A stretch of DNA of 64,000 nt. Origin: Octopus vulgaris (Eukaryota). The DNA is taken from contig OX597838.1 of assembly GCA_951406725.2 (NCBI GenBank), positions 4,650,001 to 4,714,000 of the forward strand, given 5' to 3'. The translations under genes were made by a program, and so were the position numbers. Numbering within the stretch: the stretch's first letter is position 1; the number at the start of each line of letters is the position of its first letter. Shown here piece by piece: positions 38,541-53,602 of this stretch. The notes under the pieces are model-generated. The model was not told the origin of the DNA, made no database searches, and was given only the letters and a program-made list of their open reading frames with translations.

Positions 38541-38650
38541 GCATATGTGAGTATGTATGACTTCAGATGTGTGTGCAAGTGTATATGATATTACGTAATG
38601 AAACCATATGCTTGCATTTACATTTATCATTTTATCTTGAAGAAATATAT

Positions 38651-38711
<61 letters not shown>

Positions 38712-38738
38712 ATGTATATCTATATATATATATACTAT

Positions 38739-38769
<31 letters not shown>

Positions 38770-38773
38770 CTAT

Positions 38774-38813
<40 letters not shown>

Positions 38814-38864
38814 CATATGTATATATATGAGTATATATATATTGTATATTTTGTTCACAAACAT

Positions 38865-38899
<35 letters not shown>

Positions 38900-38946
38900 C
38901 GTATATATAGAGGGATTGGGAGCAGAAAGAGTAATACACATATACC

Positions 38947-39014
<68 letters not shown>

Positions 39015-39278
39015 TGTGTTTGTGTGTGTATTTCTATTCTATATATGCAAATGGTATGTTGTGATGGGTATATTCACAAACGAGAAAAACAGTGGAAGAT
39101 AAGCATATTCCTTGGAGAAACACTAGTGATTGGTTGGGGAATCAAATATTTTATCATTGGACAAAAGGTCAATCCGAGGCCAAAAACTTGATTCATGGAC
39201 TGTCCGACCTCTGTGACATTTTAGTTTATTTCTTGCAAAGCCAGAAGTGCCAGTTCATGTATGTCTGGAGAGGGTCGG

Positions 39279-39311
<33 letters not shown>

Positions 39312-39460
39312 TGTATGTATGTATGTATATTTGCATATTATACATACGTTTGGCTCTCTCTCTCTCTCTCTCTCTCTCTTTCTATATATATATATATATA
39401 TACACAAATATAAGTAATTATATATGTGGATATATGTGTGTTCATACACATATTTGTGAA

Positions 39461-39495
<35 letters not shown>

Positions 39496-39746
39496 TTATC
39501 TATCTCCCTCTCCCCCTCTATTTATCTATCTAGGCTATCAATAGATACACACATACATCTGTATAATGATATGAATATCTACTAAATAATCAATGTCCTT
39601 ACTAACTTATATTCGTACATGCGTACATCGAGACACACACATACACAAGCATAAACATGTGTATATATAAACATGTATACACACACACATATATATAAGT
39701 ATACATATACATATACATATACATATATATATATAAAACAGAGAGT

Positions 39747-39792
<46 letters not shown>

Positions 39793-40295
39793 CAGTTTCC
39801 AAAGATTTCTCAGCTTATAATAATGTTTTAGTAAGCAGAAGTTTCCACGGCAAAATAGTATATTGAAACATTGCACAACAATACTGTAACAACTAACTCG
39901 GAAATTGCAGAAGCAAACGGAATAAAAAGTGGCCAATATTATTCTAAACGTTTCTGTATCTGCATTTATTACTAAAAGTTTTTCTTGGGGCTCTTTATAT
40001 GTCCCTCTATTCTTTTATTCAAATCCTGCAAGAGTTTTAACAAAAAACAAAAAAAAAATACATAGTTACCACTTCTAATTTTGCTAAAAGCATTGTCGAT
40101 TATAACCAATAACTTTGTATCTTAGAATAGGAACCTATAACCTATATAAAAATGTTGTATATCGTAGTGGTTCAGCAAAAAGACATCGGTAGAATTAATG
40201 GTAAATTAAGAACTTGCAGTGATTTGCAGGACTAAGAATTTGCAAGGCGATTCCTAGCATAGCCGTAGTCCAAAAAACAATATATAATAATTACA

Positions 40296-40524
40296 GCGGT
40301 GAGCTGGCAGAACCGTTAGTACGCCGGGTGAAATGCGTAGCCGTATTTCGTCTGCCGTTACGTTCTGAGTTCAAATTCCGCCGAGGTCGACTTTGCCTTT
40401 CATCCTTTAGAGGTCGATAAATAAAGTACCAGTTACGCAGTGGGGTCGATGTAATCGACTTAATCCGTTTGTCTGTCCTTGTTTGTCCCCTCTATGTTTA
40501 GCCCCTTGTGGGTAATAAAGAAAC
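40296..40524 (+). mobile_element. SINE family C (tail a), full-length
   Basis: GCGGTGAGCTGGCAGAACCGTTAG..GAGTTCAAATTCC..GGTCGACTTTGCCTTTCATCC; TSD ATATAATAATTACA(G) at 40282-40296 and 40525-40539; adjacent to a decayed SINE B tail. Confidence 0.92.
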
Positions 40525-41210
40525 ATATAATAATTACAGAAACTAAGATGCTGGTATTCGCTCCCTCCCCATCAACTACACTCAAAGTTATGTAATAACA
40601 ACAAACATAATCTTTCCGCAAATAACATCGAAGGAGGAACACTTCATGCATCACATTTATTTGTGAATTGATTTAAAAAAAAAGAATATGCTTTAGAAAC
40701 ATATTTTTGCCAGCCGGTATAATAATAATTCCTCGTAACATTATCACAGGGGTTAATTACGATTCTGTTCTGATTATTCTTTCTTTCTTATTCCAGTTTT
40801 CCTCGACATTCCCTCTCTCACTTTTCAATCTACTTCTCATTTCGGAGAACCAATATCAGAAAAGCTAAAACGCTTCACATTTTTAAGTGTCTGAGCGTCA
40901 AAAGATTTTGAAATACAAAAGATGTGGCATCTTTAAACGAGAACTGTTCCTGTTGTTTTAGGTGCCCTAGATAAGATCCCAGGAGAACCATGTCTCAGAG
41001 AAATCCAAAAGATTGTACTGACAAGTACTGCTCATATCCTGAGAAAACCTCTACTCATTTAATTGTCTCTGTTGTATTGCATGAAGATATTTCGCTACTT
41101 CCCCTCCCCAAGCTCTCAGTCATATCGTAACATCCCTTATCCTTCACTCGCCCCAGGACACTGGTTGTGTCTCGGCAAGTGAATGTAAGAAACATGCAGA
41201 TTAAAAGCAA

Positions 41211-41249
<39 letters not shown>

Positions 41250-41251
<2 letters not shown>

Positions 41252-41454
41252 CCTTTCTAATAAAGACACAAGACCATGAAATTTTGGGGAGGGGAACTAG
41301 TCTATTACATCGACCCCAGTGTTTCACTTGTACTTATTTTATTGGATGAAAGGCAAAGTTGACCGAAGCGGAATTTGAACTCACCACGTGAAGATAGACA
41401 AGGAACCGCTTAGCAATTCGCCCGGAGCGCTAACGATCTGCCAGCTCACCGCCC
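41250..41454 (-). mobile_element. SINE family C (tail b) with (ATT)n tail
   Basis: ACATCGACCCCAGTG..GGATGAAAGGCAAAGTTGACC..CTGCCAGCTCACCGCC. Confidence 0.85.
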
Positions 41455-41457
41455 GTG

Positions 41458-41458
41458 A

Positions 41459-41516
<58 letters not shown>

Positions 41517-41615
41517 ATTATTATTATTATTATTATTATTACACATCATTATCATCATCATCATCATCATCATCGCCATCATCATTGGTATTATTAATAA
41601 TAATGATGATGATGT

Positions 41616-41649
<34 letters not shown>

Positions 41650-42310
41650 AATAATAATGATGATGATAATCATGATCATGATGATTTTTATTGTGTTGGG
41701 ATTTCATCAGCAGCTAAATGGGAATAATAGGAATAAAAGAATAACAAGAAATGCCAAAAAAAAAAAACACGCAGAAGAATTTGAAAACTATGCTGCTGCT
41801 GCTGATGATGATGATTATGTTGATGATGATGATGCTGAGGATAATGATGATGATGATGATGATGATGATATATAATAATAAAAAATGAAGTTCAGATAGA
41901 AAAATAAATGAAGAGAACCCAAATAACGATAACAACAGCAGGAAGAAGAAAAAGAAAAAGAAGAAGGATGAGGAGGAGTGGAGGACAACAGCAACAATAA
42001 TAGCAACAACAAAGCAAAACAAAGAATGAATTACGATGCTGATATTAGTAATGGTAAATTTACGATGTGCGATAGTTTTCTGCTCCTTTTGTTTTGTTTT
42101 TTTTTGTGAATGGAAAACATCGAGAAACATTAATAAAACACATAAAAGGAGAAAATGTGGGGAAAAAAATCTTAAGAAAAATGAAAATAAAAAAAAATAA
42201 AAAATTAAGAAAATATAAATTAGCCAAAGTAAACAAATAATAAATAAACAGGGAAATGCATAAATACAAATTAACGTCGATGTATCTGCATAATAATAAT
42301 AATAATAATC

Positions 42311-42360
<50 letters not shown>

Positions 42361-42439
42361 AATAACAATAATAATAATAATAATAATAATCATAATCATA
42401 ATAATAATAATAATGATAATCATAATAATAATAATAATG

Positions 42440-42474
<35 letters not shown>

Positions 42475-42481
42475 AATAATC

Positions 42482-42542
<61 letters not shown>

Positions 42543-42619
42543 TAATAATAATAATAATAATAATAATAATCATAATCATAATAATAAAAATAATGATAAT
42601 AATAATAATAATGATAATC

Positions 42620-42651
<32 letters not shown>

Positions 42652-42670
42652 CATAATCATAATAATAATA

Positions 42671-42701
<31 letters not shown>

Positions 42702-42703
42702 TC

Positions 42704-42749
<46 letters not shown>

Positions 42750-42986
42750 TGATAATAATAATAAGGGTGATGATGATGATTACGATGATGATTATGATGA
42801 TAACAATCAGAATGATAATAAGAAAAATGTAATAGTGACAAAATTGTTAATAATTATAATATCAACATAAAGAAGAACAAGAGCAACAACCATAATAATG
42901 ATGATGATTATGATGATGATGATGATAATAATAATGATAACAAAAACAACAACAACAATAACAACAACAACAACAACAACAACAAC

Positions 42987-43028
<42 letters not shown>

Positions 43029-43110
43029 AATAATGATAGTAACAATAATAATATTAATGATAATAATAATAATAATAATAGTGGTGATGATGATGGTGAT
43101 GATAAATAAT
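41458..43110. repeat. Long (AAT/GAT/CAT/AAC)n low-complexity region
   Basis: Direct inspection; source of poly-N/I/Y ORFs. Confidence 0.9.
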
Positions 43111-43302
43111 TGTTTCATTTAGTTACCAGCAGGGACTAGTCATGCTTACAAAACGTGTCACAAAAAGTGTTCAGTGAACGTGTGGGAATGGAGGAGTGTG
43201 GTTATGGAAAGAAAAAGGAGTGGAGCAAAGCGGGTAAACAATATTCATACATACATACATACATACATACATAATACATATATACATACATATATACATA
43301 CA

Positions 43303-43336
<34 letters not shown>

Positions 43337-43445
43337 ATACATATATACATACATATATACATATATATTTACATACATACTTACATACATACGTACGTAC
43401 GTAAATACATATATGTATGTGTGTGAATATATATATATATATATT

Positions 43446-43507
<62 letters not shown>

Positions 43508-43574
43508 CATACACAAAAATATATGTATGCATTCATTTATTAAGGATAATATACTCACAAATATACGTAGGCAT

Positions 43575-43609
<35 letters not shown>

Positions 43610-43640
43610 CATATATACATTTGAAATCTTTATTTATTTT

Positions 43641-43703
43641 GGGAAGAAATGATTATCCTCTGAAGGATCTTCAGGATCCTTCAGAGGATAATCAGAATTT
43701 CCC
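43641..43703. repeat. Perfect 20-bp inverted repeat with 5-nt loop
   Basis: TGATTATCCTCTGAAGGATC TTCAG GATCCTTCAGAGGATAATCA (43650-43694), flanked by GGGAA/TTCCC. Confidence 0.9.
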
Positions 43704-45784
43704 ACAAAACTGATTACCATTGTCTTCTTAAACACTACCCATGTACTGAACGCCTTTAACTTTGAGAAATTTGCGTGTCCATATGGGCAACAAACTTCCG
43801 ATGTGTCATCAGTCAATGCAATAAAATTCATCAGCGTTAGCAAGAGCGGTTTACACGAGGTGCGTAACAAATTTTCACTTTCTTCTCTCCCAAAATGTAT
43901 GTCGTTTATTTTTTCTTTTTCTATACAAACAATACAAAGAACAGTAAAGATCATAGGGGTCTGTGAGGCATAGGCTCCACTTCCGTTGTTCTACTTAGCT
44001 TCAGGTATATATTTTAGGGGTGTTATATTTCTGTTTCTTTTTGCACTTCTTTCCCCAATCGCTGAAGGTTTCCTACCAGTCTTCACCGCTTTAAAACTAT
44101 AAAATTCGTAATTATTTATGAATATATAATGCGTATATTTGTCTGGTATCTGTGTGTGTGTGTGTGTGTGTTTGCAATTATGCTGGTACGTGAGTGGGTA
44201 CTTGTATGTGTATGTGTGTGTGTCTTATATGTATATATATATAAGAAGATGGTGTAACTTAACAAATGTGTGTGGATGTTTTCAGTTTCCTAGATGTTGA
44301 TTTATGGCGCGAAGACAATATAAATTTATCTCCTATCCTAGAACCTGAACGGTGCTCTGAAAACAAGCTTCTCGAGCATCGGTTTTTCCTCTCGGTTCTG
44401 CTAATGTCCTTTCTCGGCAACTCCCGGTCTTACAGAAAGAAAGCATTCAAATGAATCCCCACTAAAAACGAAATCGAACAGCGAGAACGTGTTCACGATG
44501 AAATGTATAAGCATGATAATATACACAAACTGTGTTGTAGTGGTTTCCCAGTAGTCGGTATCACGCTCATCAATTTATAGGCCTCGAGAGACAACTTGAG
44601 ACTTTTGGAAAGGCAGACATTTTCATCTTCTCTAATTTTACTTTCATGTTAAAGAAGAGTTTTAAGACATTGAGCACCAAATTCACAGAAACGTAGCCGG
44701 ACAGTTTTAAGGAATCCGTAATTCGAACGCAAGTCGTCAGAACTGAAAAGACAAAAATTCCACCAAATGGATAGATTCGCTACATCCTTTCTGAAACTCC
44801 GTCGCAACTTTTCCCACTCTACATCGTCTCAAAAACAAATTGGTAGGGTTCTCAAGGTGGCATGACATTGATTTACAAATAAGGTCTGTTCGACTCGGGT
44901 TAACCACAGAGTCAAACAAACAAACTAATAATAATAATAATAATAATAGTAATAAAAAAAACAATGACAATAACAGAAATAAAGGAAACAACAATAATGA
45001 CAACAAGCCTATAGAAAAATAAACGTCGACAGCAATGAGCCAATCATAGAAATGCTAAGAGGTCCCGTGACCCGCCAATATTAGGAGCCAACATAGTTTC
45101 GTCCACGTTTCTTGACAACAAGAATTCGAAGCTTTCAAAAACTACAACAGTGTCCCCTCTCCACCACCACCACCACCAACCACCACTACCACCACAGCCA
45201 CAACCACCACCACCACAACAACCATCACAACTACCACTACTACAACCAGCACTATCACTTCTACTAGATATTGCATTCTCTATTGATCGCAACAAGAAAA
45301 ATGAAGGAATGGCCGAAACCCAAATTTGACTTATAGATTCGTGCGGTCGAGGTTAAAAAGTAATTTAGTTCAGATAAGCAAACTTTGTTCTGGAAGCAAA
45401 ACTGTCTATTGTTGTACACCGATTGATATATTTCCAAATAGAGGGTTTGTTAAATTGTCATTAATTCTCCAGCTTCGACATTATGGCTCTAGCTGAGAGA
45501 CTGAGAATTTTACGAACCATGCTAAATCGGTGCATATATGTATGTGTCGCGGTCTGTTATGTTATGTTATGTATGTATTTGTGAGTATGTATGCATGTAT
45601 GAAGGTATGTATGTAGATAGGTATGTGTGTTTGTATGTATGTATGCGTGTATGTACGTATGTGTGTACGCATGCATGAATGCATGCGTGTATATGCATTT
45701 GTATTATCTGCATATAATTGTATATGTATATATAAATATACATACGTAGAAATACCTGTTTATGTGCATATACGTACAATCATA

Positions 45785-45825
<41 letters not shown>

Positions 45826-45883
45826 ATATATATAAATATATACATATATATATATATATACATGCATACACACATATTTATGC

Positions 45884-45938
<55 letters not shown>

Positions 45939-46125
45939 CAATATACATATGTATATATATATATACATACAAAGAAACATACATATGCATATATACATAA
46001 AAACAAATATATATGGTTACATATATTTTGATATGTGCTCATATACATCTGCACCCACGCGCACTTATGTATAAATACATATACATACACACATATATAT
46101 ATACATTGCAAATATGCATTATGTA

Positions 46126-46175
<50 letters not shown>

Positions 46176-46208
46176 TATAACACAAATAAAAATAGAGTTG
46201 TATCAAAT

Positions 46209-46246
<38 letters not shown>

Positions 46247-46265
46247 AATTATAATTCAAAATATA

Positions 46266-46344
<79 letters not shown>

Positions 46345-46906
46345 ATATATGTATGCATGTGTGAATGACTAATTAAAAGTGCTATTCGTAGTATTACAAC
46401 TATGAACAAGAAAACTCAGTACAGTTCCTGCAGTAAAGATTTAGATACTTATATGAATTCGAAGAATGGTTACCTCAAGTGAAACCACTGGGCATTGAAA
46501 CATTCAAATCTCCATTTCTCACCGTATATACAATTAGATATGCCCGGATTCATGCATGCATGTATGTACGTATGCATGTATATATACATATATGTATATA
46601 TACATATCTGTATGTATATATACATATAGTGCTATATATATGAGCGCAGGTATAGGTAGAAATAATAGACGCATGCCAAACACGTGATACTTTAAGTAAA
46701 ATGGTCACAAATTTACATATATTTGCAATAATTCAACACTTTTGTATATATACACTTAATAATACGCATCAGCGTACTCTAACTCGGATTACTAAGGCTA
46801 CAGGCATTTATCCTTGGTTCAAAGTCTCCATGATATGGGAATTTGTGTGTATAAAACCATGTGTGCACGTGTTCGTATACATACATATATACATACATAC
46901 ACACAC

Positions 46907-46977
<71 letters not shown>

Positions 46978-46978
46978 A

Positions 46979-47077
<99 letters not shown>

Positions 47078-47145
47078 TGATGCACACACACATATATATA
47101 TACATTTACATATATGTAAGTATACGTGTCATGGAGTACATACAA

Positions 47146-47180
<35 letters not shown>

Positions 47181-47207
47181 CATACATATATATACATATA
47201 TATATAC

Positions 47208-47287
<80 letters not shown>

Positions 47288-47343
47288 GTATGCATGTATG
47301 TATATATATATATGTATACGTAAGTATGTGCTATATGTATATG

Positions 47344-47385
<42 letters not shown>

Positions 47386-47881
47386 CGCATGCCTATGTCA
47401 ATTTTAATATGACAGAATGCCAATGTGTATTAGGTGATGCGAAGATGAAGCTTTTCCAGATGGGGAGCGGGTGGCGTTAATTGTGCAAACTCAATCAACT
47501 AATTGCCTTACTAGCAGACGCATTGATTAACTGTTAACCGGTATGACATTTGAACCTGGGACCATCCATTCATTCCAAGCAATATTTCCACACAATTAGG
47601 GATTACAATTATTCAAACCCAATATACAAGTAGCACTTCCCCGCCACCCCAAGAGGATTATTAATACCCCCACCACAATATCCCCCGTTTTCACCGCCGT
47701 CGCCTTCTTCGCCGTTCTCTTAAATGCTCGCGAAGGAAATTTAAGGCAAGCGCTTTAAAACTATAAAATTCGTAATTATTTATGAATATATAATGCGTAT
47801 ATTTGTCTGGTATGTGTGTGTGTGTGTTTGCAATTATGCTTGTACGTGGGTGGGTACTTGCATGTGTATGTGTGTGTGTGT

Positions 47882-48272
<391 letters not shown>

Positions 48273-48319
48273 GTATATATTGCATGATTGACCGCTAGCT
48301 CCAAAAGTATTTTTTTTAT

Positions 48320-48454
48320 TCGCTATGTTTATTTTTTCGTGTTCCTTTCTGTTGTAGGGCGTAGGCTCGAAACGTGAAAGACTATCTTACTTTCCCGAGC
48401 GTTAAACGAATACACCTTTTTGTTGCCTTGTCTTTTGATTTTCTGCAAAAGTTC

Positions 48455-48460
<6 letters not shown>
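48320..48460 (+). mobile_element. Short Penelope-like-derived element, paralogue of 9885-10045, with decayed hammerhead-like motif (48345-48380)
   Basis: CUUU CUGUUGU A GGGC GUAG GCUC GAAAC GUG AAAG; TTCCCGAGCGT.AAAC; ends TTCAAC(TA)n. Confidence 0.6.
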
Positions 48461-48504
<44 letters not shown>

Positions 48505-48507
48505 ATG

Positions 48508-48574
48508 TGACAATTATTCGGATGCCATAATAAGAGTTTCGGATGGTCTTATTATGCCAACCGAATAATTGTCA
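48508..48574. repeat. Long hairpin/inverted repeat next to (TA)n
   Basis: TGACAATTATTCGG..CATAATAAGA / TCTTATTATG..CCGAATAATTGTCA. Confidence 0.85.
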
Positions 48575-49409
48575 TTATATTACAGATGAGCAAAACGTCC
48601 CCCGTCCAATGGACGGTGCTCAGTTGTCAAACATTTAAACCAAATTTTCTCAAAACAACTTGTCCGACCGTCCCATAGGCCTCCCCTTTGAGAACCACTG
48701 ATTTAACGTAAATTTGAGACAGCAGCAAAAGAAGAAATAAAGATAGACTGTTTTTCTATTCCAAAGAAAAACGATTTTATTCAAACAAATATGCAACCGA
48801 AGAGTTTAAAGTACCAGTAATGATAAGGCTGTTGACTGGGAGAACACAAACATGGTTAAAACAGTAAGCTTGGCAGGAAAGAAACGTGCCTTTAAGCAGT
48901 ACAAAAACTACAAAAAATGGAAGGTGCAGTTATGTACAGGTTGACGGAAGAAAAGCAGGACAAAAACGGTGCATGCAAATAGGTTAGCTGGAGGTAAATC
49001 TAGATAGAAAAGCATGATGAATTTATGAGAACGCACCTGGAACAATAATATGTTTATCCGATAAAACATGTAGAAAACCAACTTGGGGCGATTTTTGATG
49101 AAAAGCAACAACCTAGGGAACTAAGTAACTAATTTAAAGCTAACTTACTTTACGGGATTTTCAAGGGCATGGAAAAGCTAGTGGCAACAGCTGATATACT
49201 TGCGCGAACAAATGCACGTTCCCACTGCTTTATCGATCGCATGCTCACATGGAATCGATTTTTTTCAAGACTTATACACGCCCTGATACCGTTGGTATCT
49301 ACATATCAAATTTGAGCGCAATCGGATGGAGGATGCCCGAGATTGTAGAAGAGACACACACAGACAGAAAGGAACACGAGGAAATATATATATGTATGTG
49401 TGTGTATAT

Positions 49410-49622
49410 CTTTGTGTGTCTGTGTTTGACACCCACCCCAACATCATTTGACAACTGATGCTGGTGCGTTTACGTCCCCGTAACATAGCTGTTCGGCAAA
49501 TGAGACCGATGGATAAGTACTTGGATTACATAGAATAAGTCTGGGGTCGATTTGCTCGACTAAAGGCTGTGCTCCAGCATCGCCGCAGTCAAAATGACTG
49601 AAACAAGTAAGGGAATAAAAGA
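49410..49622 (+). mobile_element. SINE family B, 3' half
   Basis: TTGACAACTGATGCTGGTG..GTCCCCGTAAC..GGGGTCGATTTGCTCGACTAAAGG..GACTGAAACAAGTAA; further decayed fragments to ~49930. Confidence 0.85.
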
Positions 49623-50592
49623 AATACAGAATGTATGTACGTCTATGTGAATCTTAGTTTTTGCTTCTACACCCCTTGACGCGCTTTGCTGGTTTGTTTA
49701 CGTCCACCCATCGTAGCGCTTCGATAGAAAGAGTCCGATAAAATCATTATATACGTACCACTTCAACCCTGGGATCGATATAATCGATTTACCCCGTAAC
49801 TCGAAATTGATGGCCCTATCCCAAAATTTGACACCAATATAGATAGATAGATGTCCCAGGGTCACAGTTTCTGACTGAAACGTTCAAGGCCGTGCTCCAG
49901 TTTGGCCACAATCCAGTGATGAAAACATGTACAAATATAAAACAATATTAGACTGATATATTACTTTATTCTCCGCCACTTCACTGGGTGGGTAATGTTG
50001 GTGGGAAGGCGTGGAGACTTTTATCTCATTTGAGACGCGCCGATATGTGACCACCACTAATAGCTAAGTGCTAATTCAATGATTTGTTTCTTATGATTAT
50101 ACAAGCATAATGATAATTTAAATTATATTAATTAAATTTTAAATAGCGTAATAAAACAAAAATAAAAAAATTTCCGACATTTTTGTTTTATTTATTCATT
50201 TATATATTTATTTATGTTTTTTTTTATTGTTTTTTTTTTTTGCTTTACGAGGTCTGCTTGCACAGAAACAACGAAATAGAAAGATGAATAATGAATAATG
50301 AATAACGAAGCGAAGATATTACACTGTCGTAAATATCAGGGGGCATTTATTATTTAGGATTTCTAACGAAAACAAAATAATAATTTAACTAAATTAACAA
50401 AACACATATGAGTAACAAACACAAACGTAACGTACACACACACACACACGCACGCATTCAAACGCGTGTTCATACGCACACACACACACTCATACATTAA
50501 TGAATGCCATTTAACATTGGTCTCATGTAGAATGCTACGAAACAAAGGGTAAACCCCATACAAATAATCGAATCAAATATATAGTTTATATC

Positions 50593-50842
50593 TTGGATAG
50601 GTGCATAATTATTGCGGTTTTTTTCCAACAAATTTTATTCTACAAAAACAATAACAATATATAACAAAAACATCTTTAAATGACGGTCTGACCGTCTGCC
50701 AAGCAAATGGGAAGCAACATTTGAAGTAGATGGTGAATATGCTCCGGAATAATCACTTAAAGGTGTTTTTGTTACATGTTGTTATTGTTTTTGCTGAATA
50801 AAATTTGTCGAAAAAAGCCGCATTAATTATGCACCAACCCAA
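50593..50842 (+). mobile_element. Mariner-derived MITE with ~90-bp terminal inverted repeats
   Basis: TIR TTGG(A/G)T(A/T)GGTGCATAATTA.TGCGG.TTTTT resembles Hsmar1/MADE1-type TIRs; TA at right end; core encodes DRLPSKWEATFEVDGEYAPE*, like a mariner transposase C-terminus. Confidence 0.85.
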
Positions 50843-50905
50843 TATTTATAACAACCACGTTTTCATATAAATGCAAGTATATGTAGGTATATATATATAT
50901 ATATA

Positions 50906-50960
<55 letters not shown>

Positions 50961-51007
50961 ATGTATGAGTTTATGTTTATATAGAAATATATGCATGTAT
51001 GTATTTA

Positions 51008-51227
51008 CGATGGAGTGTTGAAAAGTTCCTAGCTTGAAAATTATCGTGAAAGGCCTGGTCGGAAGCCGAAACTTCCGAGTTCTTTTACAGGGCTTCCAAA
51101 AACTGAAGGACCGCTGCAATAGTTGTGTGAATGTGAGAGAGGAGAATGTGTCGAATAAAATCGTTAATTAACTTATTCTCCTGCGTTTTCTTTCACTCAA
51201 AACCAAGAAATTTTCAGCATCCCCTCG
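51008..51227 (+). mobile_element. Second mariner-derived MITE
   Basis: TA-CGATGGAGTGTTGAAAAGTTCCT ... AAGAAATTTTCAGCATCCCCTCG-TA; interior resembles mariner C-terminal FY..G.QKL.DR...CV...G..VE*. Confidence 0.75.
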
Positions 51228-51467
51228 TATATATATTTATATATGAGCGTGTGTGTGTGTTTATACATCCATTCACACACATATAGATATATGTGCATAT
51301 GTATATACATATACGTCCAAGCGTCTGTATGTGTGTGTATGTATGTTATTGTTCAGTTTTATTTCAAGATTTCTTGCCACTAGAAAAAGAACCAGTTTCT
51401 CACCTAAATCCAAAGCCGCTATTGGAATTTTAACATCAGCAACAGGGTATGTATGTATTTATGTATG

Positions 51468-51511
<44 letters not shown>

Positions 51512-52126
51512 TGTGCAGATTAATATTCTTTGCTTTATGTATGTACTCTCATGCATATAGTTGCATATCTAGACATGCTCATATATATTTAAATGATAGA
51601 ATTTAGGAAAGTTTCACAGATTTTTTCAGTACCAGTGATGGATTGGATCTGTATATCTTCGAACTAGCTTTCTCCGGACTGGTTTTGAGAAGCCTAATTT
51701 CTCAAGGTTGGTATTTAAGCAGTGTGTTACACATCCCAGTGCTCTAATAATTACAGGTATAAACCCGAACTTGTAATCTGGGGAGAGGGAATGCAGATTT
51801 CTTGTATGTATGTATGTATGTATGTATGTATGTATGTATGTATGTATGTATGTATGTATGTATACGTTAGCATCGATAAGCGAGAACAAGTACTCACCAA
51901 GTACTCACCGCTGCAGTTATAGGTAAATAGTTTTATTTTGGGATTAAAAAGGCAACTGATGGTTTCACGCTTGCAAGACCGCCACAATTATCCATATGCA
52001 CTCTTGTGTATGCATACATGTATGTATTTATGTATATATGTATATGTGTATATCTGTATGTATAGGTATATATATATGTGTGTGTATATATGTATATGTA
52101 TATGTATCTGTATATATGTATATTTA

Positions 52127-52208
<82 letters not shown>

Positions 52209-52244
52209 TGTATATGCACACACACACGGACATATATATATATG

Positions 52245-52652
52245 TGAGAAAAATATGCCCGGAGAAAATCACATCCTTAATTGGTGATTACTCTATACAG
52301 CACCAAAGATCGTTTCTGGTGTGTCAGCTTATTAGAATACAGAAACTATCAGCGAAGTTAATTTATCCGAAAATATATGTTAACACAACATTTCCGTGGC
52401 AATCGAAACTTGATCAAATTCAAAGTGAACTAAGAAAAAAACTCTAGAAGATGAATGCATAAAAAAATGGAAACGTTAAGAATTATAATATTCTGCAAAA
52501 AAATTTAGTACTTAACTTTTGATTACGTTAGCAAATAACGAAAGAAGAATAGATGAATATAGGAATTCTAAATATGCTGACACATCAGAAACGATTGTCG
52601 GTATTATATCGTATAATAACCAATTAACGGTGTGATATTCTCCATATTTTTC
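52245..52652. mobile_element. Diverged ~85-bp inverted repeats (52245-52335 / 52572-52652), probably Penelope-like terminal repeats
   Basis: GCTGACACA(C/T)CAGAAACGAT..GGT..CCAATTAA..TGTGAT.TTCTCC..ATATTTTTC present in both orientations. Confidence 0.6.
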
Positions 52653-52853
52653 TTGTTTTATGCTTCGAATTAGTTGAAGTTCTTCTAAAGGATATTTGGA
52701 TTTAATTTTACTTGTCATACATGAGATATTACCTTGGATATCTTTTCTACTTGCATTTATTGGTATCTGATCGTTGGATATAGGTAACCAAAATCGTTTA
52801 ACGCTTAGTACTTAATAGACACCTGCACGGATTTTTAAAACAGTTTTACTCAT

Positions 52854-53140
<287 letters not shown>

Positions 53141-53230
53141 AAAGAAGATGGGGTTTTACGATTAACACATTTTAGTTTATTAACATTATAATATAATATT
53201 ATATTATATTATTATAATATATAATATAAA

Positions 53231-53602
53231 GGCGCAGGAGTGGCTGTGTGGTAAGTAGCTTGCTTACCAACCATATGTTTCCGTGTTCATCCCCACTGTC
53301 TTCTACTGTAGCCTCGGGCCGACCAAAGTCTTGTGAGTGGATTTAGTAGACGGAAACTGAAAGCAGCCAATCGTATATATATCTATATATCTATATATAT
53401 GTTTGTGTGTCTGTGTTTTTCCCCCAACATCGCTTGACAACCAATAGTGGTGTGTTTGCGACCCCGGGAATTAGTTGTTCGGCAAGAGGGACCGATAGAA
53501 TAAGTACTTTGCTTAAAAAACATAAGTCCTGGTGTCCATTTACTCGACTAAAGGCGGTGCTCCAGCATGTCGGCAGTGAAATGACTGAAAGAAATAAAAG
53601 AA
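53231..53602 (+). mobile_element. SINE family B, near full-length with small internal deletion
   Basis: GGCGCAGGAGTGGCTGTGTGGTAAG..AAGGCGGTGCTCCAGCATG..GACTGAAA. Confidence 0.9.

Noticed and set aside
41714-43122. Poly-N/Y/I ORFs up to 375 aa
   Set aside because: (AAT)n microsatellite translations.
43790-43815. Minus-strand CTGATGA motif
   Set aside because: No stem II pairing and GGAAG instead of GAAA.
49290-49370. Helitron/Helentron-like motif (CAAATTTGAGCGCAATCGG..ACAGACAG)
   Set aside because: Too short, with no termini or second copy to support a call.
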